This document shows, one piece after another, positions 9,294 to 18,482 of a stretch of DNA of 64,000 nt. Each line of letters starts with the position of its first letter. Position 1 is the stretch's first letter. Source of the stretch: Bdellovibrio sp. ZAP7 (lineage in GTDB: Bacteria > Bdellovibrionota > UBA1018 > CAIMNF01); the NCBI GenBank assembly GCA_945874535.1, contig CAMCGZ010000001.1:28471-92470 (forward strand), in the 5' to 3' direction. A program made the translations under genes and the position numbers. The notes beneath the pieces are model-generated. The model ran no database searches and was not told the origin of the DNA. It saw only the letters and a program-made list of their open reading frames with translations.

Positions 9294-10133
9294 TCTGCGG
9301 ATGCCGTTCCGGCATTCGACATAGTCGGTTTTTTGCAAGAGCGCCCGGACCTTTTCAATGTGTTCGGGCGTTTCTTCGAGGCGCTTATGATAAAGGTGCC
9401 ACTGAACCGCGTAGCCGATCACTCCATAGTGCGGAACACCCCGGTTGCGGACCCGCACGAACAGATCTCCGTCTTCTCCCCAATAACCTTCGAAATCCTC
9501 ATTGTAACCGTTGACCTCGATCAAGGTCCGGGTCGAGATGGAAAAGTTCGAGCCAAGCAGGTCCTGCACCCGGTCGCGCTTCAGGATCCTGTTGACCCAC
9601 GCCGGTGCATCCAGCCTCACCGATCGCAGAATGTTTTTGGTTTCACCACTCCATCCGGATCGGATCAAGCGCCACGACAATCCCCGGATGAAATGATCGA
9701 CATTGCCCGGTTCGATCTCGGCGGTGATTTCAGGGCCGAGATCGACCCTTCTGCCCATGAAAAGGAGCGGTTCGAAACCTGCCCGCTCGTGCGCTCGGTG
9801 ATGATCCTCGATAAAGCGCGGATGCACGATGACATCATGATCGAGTCCTACGACAATCGGATGCCGGGCAGGGTCCAGATCCCGGAATACGGTGTTGTTG
9901 ATTCTCGCCTTTCGATACCCTTCGTCGGGGTGCCAGTAGTGATGAATGAAAAAAGGCAACTCGCGCTTGAGGCGCTGAATCAGTTCACGGGTCGCATCCC
10001 CCGACCCGTCGTCAGCGATGAATACATCGAATGCCCGGTAGGTCTGCCTCGCCAACGACAACAGGCACAGTTCGAGACTCTTCGGGTTGTTGTAGGTGGT
10101 GATCACCACCGCGACCTGGCGGTTGCGACTCAT
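9285..10133 (-). CDS. Glycosyltransferase family 2
   Basis: ITTYN, ADDGS, DHD, VNGYNEDFEGYWGEDGD, HLYH. Confidence 0.9.
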   Translation of the reverse strand: MSRNRQVAVVITTYNNPKSLELCLLSLARQTYRAFDVFIADDGSGDATRELIQRLKRELPFFIHHYWHPDEGYRKARINNTVFRDLDPARHPIVVGLDHDVIVHPRFIEDHHRAHERAGFEPLLFMGRRVDLGPEITAEIEPGNVDHFIRGLSWRLIRSGWSGETKNILRSVRLDAPAWVNRILKRDRVQDLLGSNFSISTRTLIEVNGYNEDFEGYWGEDGDLFVRVRNRGVPHYGVIGYAVQWHLYHKRLEETPEHIEKVRALLQKTDYVECRNGIRRSG

Positions 10134-10339
10134 GAAGACTTCGATCCACCGTCTCCGGTGTTTTTCTTATAGTCGGTGGTGTACCAACCGTTACCCTTCA
10201 GGGCGAAGCCACCCAGACTCATCAACTTTTTCACCGACGCACCACACTCGGGACACTGCTCGAGAGGCGGATCCTCGAACTTCTGGGTCACCTCGAAAGC
10301 GCGCTCACACTTTTCGCACCAATACTCGTAAAGAGGCAT
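10130..10339 (-). CDS. FmdB family zinc-ribbon protein
   Basis: MPLYEYWCEKC...CPECG...FALKGNGWYTTDY. Confidence 0.9.
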   Translation of the reverse strand: MPLYEYWCEKCERAFEVTQKFEDPPLEQCPECGASVKKLMSLGGFALKGNGWYTTDYKKNTGDGGSKSS

Positions 10340-10385
10340 GGTGTGAGATTGAATCAGGGAGTGCGTTCCAGTCAAGAGTCAGGAG

Positions 10386-11921
10386 TCAGGACCGGCAGAC
10401 CTTGAAGACCCGATGAAGCGAAGGGTCGGAAACGGGGAGTCCCTGAAGGAGAAACTCACGGATGGGGAACTTGATCCGCTTTCTGAGCCGGACCCAGTCG
10501 AGGCAACGGAGGGCAGGTGCGGGCGGAGGCGAGTTTTCGTCGAGGATCAATGCACCTCCAGACCGGACGTGCCGCTCCGCATCCGCGTCTGACCGGAGCA
10601 CCGCAATCCGTATTCCGGTTGCTGCGGAGATCATTCCCACCTCGTGCCAGATATCCTCCCTGGGCATCACATAAGCGAACTTGCTGTCAGGCCAGAGCTC
10701 GATCGCCTGTCGCAGTCCGGCGAGGTCCCCCTCTCCGACACCAATCGCGGCCACACGGATGAGACTCACCATCGCCACCGAGGTCAGTGCCACTCCGTAC
10801 AAGGTCCCTCGGAAATGCGCCAAAGCCCAACAGGGGATCAAGGCCGCGAATCCGAGCGCAAGACCCCACCCGATCCAGCCCCCGGTGAACATCCTGAGTA
10901 CAAAAAACAGGAGCGCAACCCCGAACCCGGCCGCAAACCAACCCGCGATCCGGGCCCGTCGATGGAGTCCGGATCCAGCTGAAACCAGCATCCAGACTAC
11001 GACAGGCGTGAGGAGATACAGGTAGGTGTTCACCCGATACGGAAAAAGCGTGAAGAACACGGCCGGTACCGTCATGTAAGAGAGCCAACGAAGACGCTGC
11101 TCCTTCCAGGCAACTTTGAATTCAGGCGTGGTGAGTACAGCAAGCCATGCGATGAGAATCGGAAACAAGGTTCCGACGAACTCTCCCCAAAGACCCAGAG
11201 GGGTTCCGTGGGAGGTCGAGACTTTGCCGAGGTTCTCCCTTAAGAAGAACATGTCCATCATTTCACGATAGTGCGTCCTAGCCGCAAGGAAGTACCACGA
11301 AAGCCCGATGAACACCCCTCCGCACAAAGCACCCCAGAACCTCCGCGACGCAAGCAGGGTTCGCAGGTTGTTCTTCATGAAAGCTTCGAAGACGATCGAG
11401 AGGACCCACAACACCGGATACAAGGGCCCCTTGATCCAACTCATCATTCCGGTCATGGCGAATGCAGCCAGGGTCCGGCCCTCCCACCAAAGGTGCCACG
11501 CCCAACAGTAAAACAGCACCACCCAAATCTCCATCTGAGCGGTGGTTCCATAGGTCATACTGGCCAGCGTTCCGGCAAAAAGAATTCCGGCCAAAGCGCC
11601 CTCTTTTTTCGAGATCCGATCCACCACATCGGCGGTACCGATGAGGGCCAGAACCGAAGGGAGCAGTGCCCCCCACAGACCAAAACCGAACACGGACCAT
11701 CCGATTCGGGTGGCCCAGTACTGGAGCGGGGGCTTCAGAAAATTGGACTCACCAAAGAGCGTCGGGATGATCCACTCTCCTCTTTCTTTCATTTCGAGCG
11801 CAATCGTCAGGTAGGTCTTTTGATCGCCGGTGAGTGGGACACTGAGACCCCAGAGCCCGAGTGCATAACAGACAAATAGAAACACCCATACTCGACGTCT
11901 CACCGGAATCCGGCTGATCAT
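10386..11921 (-). CDS. ArnT/PMT-like (GT-C) membrane glycosyltransferase
   Basis: Multi-TM; DQxxY...EM...G.W..P...KPPL.YW signature; ATGA overlap with the upstream gene. Confidence 0.8.
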   Translation of the reverse strand: MISRIPVRRRVWVFLFVCYALGLWGLSVPLTGDQKTYLTIALEMKERGEWIIPTLFGESNFLKPPLQYWATRIGWSVFGFGLWGALLPSVLALIGTADVVDRISKKEGALAGILFAGTLASMTYGTTAQMEIWVVLFYCWAWHLWWEGRTLAAFAMTGMMSWIKGPLYPVLWVLSIVFEAFMKNNLRTLLASRRFWGALCGGVFIGLSWYFLAARTHYREMMDMFFLRENLGKVSTSHGTPLGLWGEFVGTLFPILIAWLAVLTTPEFKVAWKEQRLRWLSYMTVPAVFFTLFPYRVNTYLYLLTPVVVWMLVSAGSGLHRRARIAGWFAAGFGVALLFFVLRMFTGGWIGWGLALGFAALIPCWALAHFRGTLYGVALTSVAMVSLIRVAAIGVGEGDLAGLRQAIELWPDSKFAYVMPREDIWHEVGMISAATGIRIAVLRSDADAERHVRSGGALILDENSPPPAPALRCLDWVRLRKRIKFPIREFLLQGLPVSDPSLHRVFKVCRS

Positions 11922-14212
11922 AGAGGATAATCCACGGGATCCGGAGAGTTCGAACCGCCAATCAAAGATTGGCCGAAGCAATAGAGACTGGGATCGTCTG
12001 TAGAGGTCACACAGGTGTGATGTTCTCCGGTTGTGACCCGGGCAACCTTTTTCAGGCGCTCACTTCTGAGAGAGATCAAGACCGGATCGGGACTCTCTGC
12101 CGGCAGTTTTTGTCCGAACTGATAAGATTCGTTTTTCCCCCAACAATACAACTGACCCGAATCGGTCACTGCACAGAAGTGTCCGGATGAGGAAGACAGC
12201 ATCAATACGCCTCGAAGGCCGCCATTCGCCATGGACTTGAGCTCCAAGGGCGCATCCGCTTTCGACTCCGTCTGTGAGCACACCACTTCCCGTTCCGTAC
12301 CGCGGATTCCGCAAAGGCGATCGTCGGTGAGGGCGATCTGGATCAGCTCCCGAGACGGTCCGCCATTCAAAGTGACTGGCTTCGCGCTCTGCGCCTGCTC
12401 GAAGCGTTCTTGTCCCCAACACCAGGAGGATCCCTCGACCTGGGATAGGGCACAGGCCCTCTTTCCTTGTGCGCGAACCTGCCAGATGTCCTTGATGGGT
12501 TTTCCGCCTTCAGAAACCTTTACCGGACCCGTGAGCTCGGCAAAATCACCGTTCGGAATGCAGGTGACCTCCTGATTGGCACCGATGATGCACACTTGCT
12601 TGTAGCCAACTGTGACACCTGAGACGCCCCGAAGCGGCATGTTGTTCCGCTTCAATTCCTCGAGCAAAAAACTGTTCTGTGTCGGGCGCTTACCTGTCAG
12701 GTCGATTTCGACCCCACCGAAGCAACCGACTCGCTGATCGTCCCCGAAGATCAAACAGGCGCGCGATCCCTGAATGTCAAGGGCACTGACCTTACCAAGA
12801 ACGTTCGTTTCGTTTTGAAGGACCACTCCGGACATCCTCTGCATCCCGAGTTGTCCGTAGGTGTTCAAGCCGAAACAATAGAGTTTTTCAGCCTGATCCT
12901 TGATACAGGCATGATTCCAACCGATCTGGACATGAGTGACATTCGCCAAAGCCTCGAGTCCGGAATCGAGCACCCTTGCCGGGTAGACTGAATAGGGTTT
13001 GGGATTTCCAAGAACCCCATGTGCCCCGTTTCCCCAACAGAACAACTCATCCCGGACCGAGATGATGCAAGTCCGGTCGGGACCGGCACGGACCTCCTTG
13101 ACTCCCTTCAGGGTGAGATTGTTCGACCCGAGAGCCACCTGTTCGGTTTCTCCCCGGGTCGAGGAACTTCCCAATTGATTGAACTTGTTATCGCCCCAAC
13201 AAAAAACAGTCCGCTCATCACGGTGAATCGCACAAGCATGGGAATCACCGACCGTGATCTGATCGATTCTCGAGAGGGCCATTTCTTGGGGGTACCTCAC
13301 CTGAACCAGCGAGGCCTTGGGCATTCCCTTCACCGGCATCAGGATTCCGAGTTGCCGGAGGTCATTCAGGCCCCAGCAGTACACCTGCGCACCCTTGGTC
13401 AGGGCACATCCGAAATTCCGACCGAGACCGACCTGCCTCACCGAAGACAGGTACCCGACGTTATTTGCGTACTCCACCCGTTCCGGAATCCAATTCACCT
13501 TCCGGGAAGAACTGAAGCGTTCACCGAAACAGTACAGGGTCGCATCTTCCCGGGCGATCAGGCAAGTCGACGCAGCTCCCGCTGCAATATCCTTGACCCC
13601 CGCCATGGGTTTCGGGCTCCGCTCGCTTTCCATGACCGATCGGGCGCCCACACCCCGTTCAGAATTGTTTCCAAGTTGTCCTGCTGTGTTTTCTCCCCAA
13701 CAAACCGCACGACCGCTCTTCAATACGGCACAGGCATGGGCGTCTCCGGCACTCAACGCACGCACCTCGGTGAGGGGAGCGTTCGAATTGTCCATATCTA
13801 GAACAGGCACCGGCTTGATCGAACTACCGGCGCTCGGATTACCCAACTGGCCCTTGTCATTGCGACCGTAACAGAATGCCTGCTGATTCTCTCCTGAAGT
13901 GAAGCAGGTGAACTCCTTGCCCGTGGTCAGGAGTTTTACCGGAGTGGTCACCACGGTCGGTCCTCCGTTGAAGGTTCCGAGAGAGCCCTTCTCGCCAGAG
14001 CCCACGCAGCGAACCGTTTTATCGCCCAGGATCGCGCAACTCACCCGGTCCCCGGATTTCATTTCGTCGAACTCGAATGCAGAGGTGCTGAGCGAAGTCG
14101 CCTCAGTGAAAAGCAAGGAAACGAAAACCCTCGTCTCGCTGCAGCCACTCAGGAGCAGAATTCCGATCCACGACATCAACCTGAGGGTGAGTCGGGTTTT
14201 TATTTGAACCAT
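11918..14212 (-). CDS. RCC1/BLIP-II repeat beta-propeller lipoprotein
   Basis: Lipobox LSGC; many GxxHxC...CWGxNxxGQLG repeats. Confidence 0.88.
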   Translation of the reverse strand: MVQIKTRLTLRLMSWIGILLLSGCSETRVFVSLLFTEATSLSTSAFEFDEMKSGDRVSCAILGDKTVRCVGSGEKGSLGTFNGGPTVVTTPVKLLTTGKEFTCFTSGENQQAFCYGRNDKGQLGNPSAGSSIKPVPVLDMDNSNAPLTEVRALSAGDAHACAVLKSGRAVCWGENTAGQLGNNSERGVGARSVMESERSPKPMAGVKDIAAGAASTCLIAREDATLYCFGERFSSSRKVNWIPERVEYANNVGYLSSVRQVGLGRNFGCALTKGAQVYCWGLNDLRQLGILMPVKGMPKASLVQVRYPQEMALSRIDQITVGDSHACAIHRDERTVFCWGDNKFNQLGSSSTRGETEQVALGSNNLTLKGVKEVRAGPDRTCIISVRDELFCWGNGAHGVLGNPKPYSVYPARVLDSGLEALANVTHVQIGWNHACIKDQAEKLYCFGLNTYGQLGMQRMSGVVLQNETNVLGKVSALDIQGSRACLIFGDDQRVGCFGGVEIDLTGKRPTQNSFLLEELKRNNMPLRGVSGVTVGYKQVCIIGANQEVTCIPNGDFAELTGPVKVSEGGKPIKDIWQVRAQGKRACALSQVEGSSWCWGQERFEQAQSAKPVTLNGGPSRELIQIALTDDRLCGIRGTEREVVCSQTESKADAPLELKSMANGGLRGVLMLSSSSGHFCAVTDSGQLYCWGKNESYQFGQKLPAESPDPVLISLRSERLKKVARVTTGEHHTCVTSTDDPSLYCFGQSLIGGSNSPDPVDYPL

Positions 14213-14796
14213 TTCTTTTTGAGCGCGCTGAACGCTCCGTTGATGGCCGGTGGAAGATCTTGGAAGTAATCCCCGTCCCTGAAGCGGAGCGCCTCCGGGA
14301 ATTCGCTGTTCTTGGCGACATCGCCGAAATAGCCCTTCAAGCGCATGAGCGGCCCGGCCATTTTGTGCGTCAGGATCAGGGTGAAGACTCCCGTTGTTCC
14401 GATGGCCACCCCCAGAGAGACGACCATGTAAATCAACAAAGTTCGCAACTGCTCTGTGAGCAACTGAATGAACAAGTTCTGGGCAGGAAGGCGGGTCTGC
14501 TTCACCAATTGTTCCAGATACAGGTGACTCCGGATCACCAGGTAACCGACTAGGCCGAACAAGACCCCGGTGATCAGGACGTTGAAGACAATGAGGGGCA
14601 CCTGGAATTTAGGATAAACCAGATACTTTCTCTTATACCAGGGTGGTCGAACCGTGCTTTCCGGCGCGGTACTTTTCTGAGTCCCACTCCCTTTTCCAGA
14701 AGGTTTACCGGGCATCCCGGGACGCATCCCGGGTTTCGCAGGGGCTTTAGGCTTCAACTGCGTCTTCGGGCCGGCACCGGGTGGGTTTTGCATCAC
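14200..14796 (-). CDS. Two-TM protein with C-terminal HAMP-like segment
   Basis: K/P-rich N-terminus, 2 TM, HKMAGPLMRL...LRFRDGDYFQDL. Confidence 0.7.
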   Translation of the reverse strand: MMQNPPGAGPKTQLKPKAPAKPGMRPGMPGKPSGKGSGTQKSTAPESTVRPPWYKRKYLVYPKFQVPLIVFNVLITGVLFGLVGYLVIRSHLYLEQLVKQTRLPAQNLFIQLLTEQLRTLLIYMVVSLGVAIGTTGVFTLILTHKMAGPLMRLKGYFGDVAKNSEFPEALRFRDGDYFQDLPPAINGAFSALKKKWFK

Positions 14797-15929
14797 AAGG
14801 AGGAATCGATCTTTCTCGGGTCACGTGAGGTGTCCGACTTGTCGGCCAGACTGCGACTTCCGGAGGCATGCTCTTTCAGATAGCTTTTCGCATCCTCAGC
14901 CACCCTCTGAAGCTCGCTCTTCTGGGCGCGGAGCAATGCGAGAATCATTGCGGCGTCCTCTTTGCTTTGGTTCGCACTCTGCTCTTCGATGCTTCGCTCG
15001 AGTACCTCGAGTTCACGGTGCTTCTGTTCGATGAGGTCGTTGATGATCCGGGTTTCATCGATGGCGGGGGCTACCGGTTCGGCTGCAATCCGTGCCTCTT
15101 CGTTCTCAACCGGCGACAACTCGATCTGGTCTCCGGACGGAATGGTATAGGTTTCTTCGCCCACCCGGTCGACCAGACGGTTCATGACCTCGATCGCCTG
15201 CTTGAGTTCAGAGCGGATGATCTTGAATTCAGCGCGGTGGTTTTGAACCTGCTGAAGGGTGTCGCGAATGAGTTCTTCCGATGTCTGGGTTTGAAGTTGG
15301 ACATCGATGAGTTTCTCGTTGGACTCGGAAGCATTGCGCTCGATCCGTGCGATTTCACCACGGTTCGAATCGGAATTCTTCTGCATGCTCGAGATGGAAG
15401 CCTTGATATTTTCGATATCCGCGAGCACCTCGTTTTGCTTGGTGTTCATGAGCTCCACGGTGGAAAGCGCTTTCATCCGGATCTCGATCTGGCGCTCGAC
15501 GCGATCACAGAACGCTCCGATCATGGAAAACATCTTGTCCTGATAGAAGTTCTGATCGGCTTTGCGCTGCTCGTTCATGCGCATTTCGAGGTCCCTGGAG
15601 TGTGCCGCCATGTCTTCGACCGCCTGCTGTGCCCTTTGGCTTTGCTGGTAGATTCCCCGCATGGTGCTCTGGAGAATCTCGAAGGACGAAGTGATGGTGT
15701 TCTGCAACTGGGAGATCACCGGCTCGAGATGGCGATGAACCTCGTCAGCAACAAACTGAGTGTTGATCTGATTCGGCTTGGAGCTTTTTTCAAGCTCTTC
15801 GATCCGGTTCAGCAGGTGCCTGTTTTGCACCTTCAACGAGTTGATCTCCTGCTCGCGCACAGAAAGGCGCTGCTGGAGCAACTGGGGGTTGGCCGGGTTT
15901 GCGGGATTGGCTCCGTAATTCACAGACAT
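14793..15929 (-). CDS. Long coiled-coil hypothetical protein
   Basis: Q/E/R-rich heptad pattern over about 300 aa; GGAGG SD. Confidence 0.75.
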   Translation of the reverse strand: MSVNYGANPANPANPQLLQQRLSVREQEINSLKVQNRHLLNRIEELEKSSKPNQINTQFVADEVHRHLEPVISQLQNTITSSFEILQSTMRGIYQQSQRAQQAVEDMAAHSRDLEMRMNEQRKADQNFYQDKMFSMIGAFCDRVERQIEIRMKALSTVELMNTKQNEVLADIENIKASISSMQKNSDSNRGEIARIERNASESNEKLIDVQLQTQTSEELIRDTLQQVQNHRAEFKIIRSELKQAIEVMNRLVDRVGEETYTIPSGDQIELSPVENEEARIAAEPVAPAIDETRIINDLIEQKHRELEVLERSIEEQSANQSKEDAAMILALLRAQKSELQRVAEDAKSYLKEHASGSRSLADKSDTSRDPRKIDSSL

Positions 15930-16005
15930 GGACTGGTCCCTCCGTAGACACTCAGATCACCTAAATATCTTTTCACAGCGTGGATTCCGAGTCAAAATGA
16001 TCCTT

Positions 16006-17190
16006 ATGCAGAGGTTCATAAAAAGAGTGACAGGGTACGGATTTTGCGCCATTTTTTTGTCACTTTCTGCATTCGCGGCCACACCCATCCCTCCTTGTCC
16101 GGAGGGTTCGGAACGGGAGTACCTCCCGAACCGGGAGCGTCCGCTCTGGGCCAGCTGCCGCGACGAGGCGGGTTTGTATCAGGGTCTTCTGTTTCAATTC
16201 AGCAGCCAAACCGAGATCATCCGGATCGCATCTGTGAAGAATTCCCTGCGCCACGGCAGGGAAATCCGCTTCGGAGCCCCGGGAACGATCGAGGAGCGAG
16301 ATTACCGGGACGGTCACTTGCACGGGCCCTCCTTCATTCACAAGGCCTCAGCGCCAGTCGGACGTTCCATGCCGAAGTCCCTGTCCCGCGAAGAATGGGC
16401 TCGATTCAGTCAACCCACGCCTGAGTCCTTTTTGAAGACGTGGCTTCAGCAGGAGCCGGAATCTGCCCTCGAGTTTTCTGACGGACGCCTGGTGCGTGTG
16501 GTGGCAGGCAAAATCGATTACCGTTTCCGCGTTAGCAAAGAGGGCCGCATCTATTCGATCAATCACCCCGAGATGAAGAATCTTTTTTTCTTCGATCCCG
16601 AACCGCTGTGGGACATGAATGCGGCCGACACCAAATCCTTGCTCAAGCTCGGGTTCGGAAGTTGTAAAAAGTACGACGGCCCGCTGGGGCGCTACGGGAG
16701 ACATTACGACGTCCTTTTATTCAAACGCGAAATAATCGAGAGGAAGCACCTGGCCCGCCTTGCTGAAATGCGCGAAAGAATGATGAGCTTTTGTGTCCCT
16801 GAAGACATTCGGAAGCACCTCGGGACCATCGAGTGCCCCGCCCTGCTTCCGGGGAGCATTCCTCCGAACCACTGCTTGCTTCCCATCAGCGACCGGTTGC
16901 ACGTTCCCTACGAGCCGAAGTACTTCGTTTTCGAGTTCACCTTGGGCAGAAAGCCCGAAGAGTTCCACGAGCTGCTGAAAAAGAAAGGTCTCTTGGCATT
17001 CGCCAGCCGGCCGGACCAACTGGAGAAGACCATCATGCTCTCGGACACGGCAGCAGTGATGCTGAAGAAGACCCCCGCAGGAATCTACTATAAGTTTTTC
17101 GAAAAACAAAAAGACGGGAAATTCGTGTTCAAAAGCGGCGGAGACGATTCGAAGTCCTGGTGGGACTGGCGCCACATACCCGGATTCTGA
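16006..17190 (+). CDS. Hypothetical secreted protein (MORN-like N-terminal repeats)
   Basis: Signal peptide ending AFA; YRDGHLHGP-type repeats; several Cys. Confidence 0.7.
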   Translation: MQRFIKRVTGYGFCAIFLSLSAFAATPIPPCPEGSEREYLPNRERPLWASCRDEAGLYQGLLFQFSSQTEIIRIASVKNSLRHGREIRFGAPGTIEERDYRDGHLHGPSFIHKASAPVGRSMPKSLSREEWARFSQPTPESFLKTWLQQEPESALEFSDGRLVRVVAGKIDYRFRVSKEGRIYSINHPEMKNLFFFDPEPLWDMNAADTKSLLKLGFGSCKKYDGPLGRYGRHYDVLLFKREIIERKHLARLAEMRERMMSFCVPEDIRKHLGTIECPALLPGSIPPNHCLLPISDRLHVPYEPKYFVFEFTLGRKPEEFHELLKKKGLLAFASRPDQLEKTIMLSDTAAVMLKKTPAGIYYKFFEKQKDGKFVFKSGGDDSKSWWDWRHIPGF

Positions 17191-17196
17191 ATCGCA

Positions 17197-17940
17197 TCAA
17201 ACCCAGGAGCTGACCTGGAAACTCACCCAGTTCGGATCATCGGTCGGGAGATCGTGGTTGGCCGATTCGTGGATCCTGAGGTCCGCCCCGAAATGCCGCG
17301 CGATCGATTCTGAGCAACTGTAATGGACCAAGGTATCCCCCTTGGAAGTCAGGACCAAGACCGGAATGGCGATCCGGGCCGGTGCACGGAAACGGATGGC
17401 CGCAAAGATCTGGGCTGCGGCGTCTCTCGGGCGGACCACTTTCGCAAATCCCCCCTGCCAGTCAGCACGCTTCTTCAGTGCATCACCCTTCAGATTGGTG
17501 GTGATCGAAAGAATCCGTTCTTCCCGATTGCGGATGTTCTTCTCGAAAAAAAGTGAAAGGATGGTCGGGAAGTTCGCCGGCTGCATCCGACGGAATAACG
17601 GACTGAGACCACCGACACTGGAATTGATCAGCACGAGCTTCTTGAAGTCCTCCGGATACCGCGAGGTCCAATTCATGGCCACCATACCGCCGAGCGAAAC
17701 CGCCAGCAAACACCATTCTCCCGATGCCGGCAAGGCCGACCATCGAGCACGCAAATCGTCGACAATTTCATCAATAGAGGTCGGCGAGAAGCGCTCGGAT
17801 TCGGTTCCGAAACCGGCGAAATCGAGAGTGAAGACCTTGGCCTGCGGGTCCTTTTCCTTCAGGCCAGCTTCGAACTGCGGGGCAAACTCGCCCCAGTGCC
17901 GCTGTTCCCGAACCAGACCTCTCAGAATCAACCAATTCAT
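17197..17940 (-). CDS. Alpha/beta hydrolase
   Basis: LRGLVREQRHWG, nucleophile VSLGG, D(TLV), catalytic H in NHDL. Confidence 0.9.
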   Translation of the reverse strand: MNWLILRGLVREQRHWGEFAPQFEAGLKEKDPQAKVFTLDFAGFGTESERFSPTSIDEIVDDLRARWSALPASGEWCLLAVSLGGMVAMNWTSRYPEDFKKLVLINSSVGGLSPLFRRMQPANFPTILSLFFEKNIRNREERILSITTNLKGDALKKRADWQGGFAKVVRPRDAAAQIFAAIRFRAPARIAIPVLVLTSKGDTLVHYSCSESIARHFGADLRIHESANHDLPTDDPNWVSFQVSSWV

Positions 17941-17960
17941 GAAAGATTTTTTAAATGATC

Positions 17961-18000
17961 AAGGCCCGGAACACACGAAAATTCGTGCATCCCGGGCCCC
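17961..18000 (-). terminator. Long hairpin, probable intrinsic terminator after the structured RNA
   Basis: GGGGCCCGGGAUGCACGAA/UUCGUGUGUUCCGGGCCUU; several G-U pairs work only on the minus strand; U-tract is weak. Confidence 0.6.
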
Positions 18001-18002
18001 TT

Positions 18003-18137
18003 TCTGAGGAGGTGGTGGGTACAGCCTTTTTGCCCCTGACCCAGCCCTTCGGCCTGTTCATCGGGGCAACTTGTTGGGTCCGACCCCCCGGACCCAAACT
18101 TGGCTCCTGTCCGCACACCTCCCAGACGGCGGACAGG
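18003..18137 (-). ncRNA. Unidentified structured RNA / structured 3' UTR
   Basis: Helices 18106-18114/18129-18137, 18074-18082/18089-18097, 18030-18036/18063-18069, 18023-18026/18102-18105, plus long-range 18003-18014/18116-18126. Confidence 0.6.
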
Positions 18138-18152
18138 GTGAACTGAAATGAC

Positions 18153-18377
18153 TTACGCTGCGACCGTCGTTTTTTGACGGGTCATGTACGCCATATAATG
18201 ATCGTACTTCTTCTCGAAGTCGGGAACCTTGTGCCCGGCCTTGCTGATCAGGCCGAACTTGAACCACTCATAGTGCTCATTACAAAAGGTGAACCTGGCT
18301 TGAGGCTTCTTGCAGCCCCCGCACTTGCAACCTTCTGCTCCCACGACTTCCATCACCGGCTTTTTACCTTTACCCAT
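18153..18377 (-). CDS. Small basic Cys/His protein (putative Zn-binding)
   Basis: CKCGGC-x9-CNEHY motif; strong SD AGAGGAGGT. Confidence 0.8.
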   Translation of the reverse strand: MGKGKKPVMEVVGAEGCKCGGCKKPQARFTFCNEHYEWFKFGLISKAGHKVPDFEKKYDHYMAYMTRQKTTVAA

Positions 18378-18403
18378 GTCTTGTGACCTCCTCTACATGG
18401 AAC

Positions 18404-18430
18404 GTATCGGAGATTCAGGATAAAACTTGA
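18404..18430 (-). promoter_or_regulatory. Candidate sigma28 (FliA) promoter
   Basis: Minus strand TCAA-N15-TCCGATAC, ending 26 nt upstream of ATG 18377. Confidence 0.6.
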
Positions 18431-18482
18431 GTAAAATGTTCGGGAATTACCCTAAGGCACTGTAATCAGTGGCAAAACAAAA

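Noticed and set aside
15927-15930. Shared CATG start for two divergent genes
   Set aside because: The plus-strand gene more plausibly starts at 16006, where the signal peptide begins
18003-18137. Identity as 6S, SRP (ffs), CsrB-like RNA, c-di-GMP riboswitch or pistol ribozyme
   Set aside because: Lacks the SRP AGCAG motif, the 6S rod with central bubble, repeated loop ANGGA motifs, and the conserved c-di-GMP or pistol core nucleotides (judged by eye)
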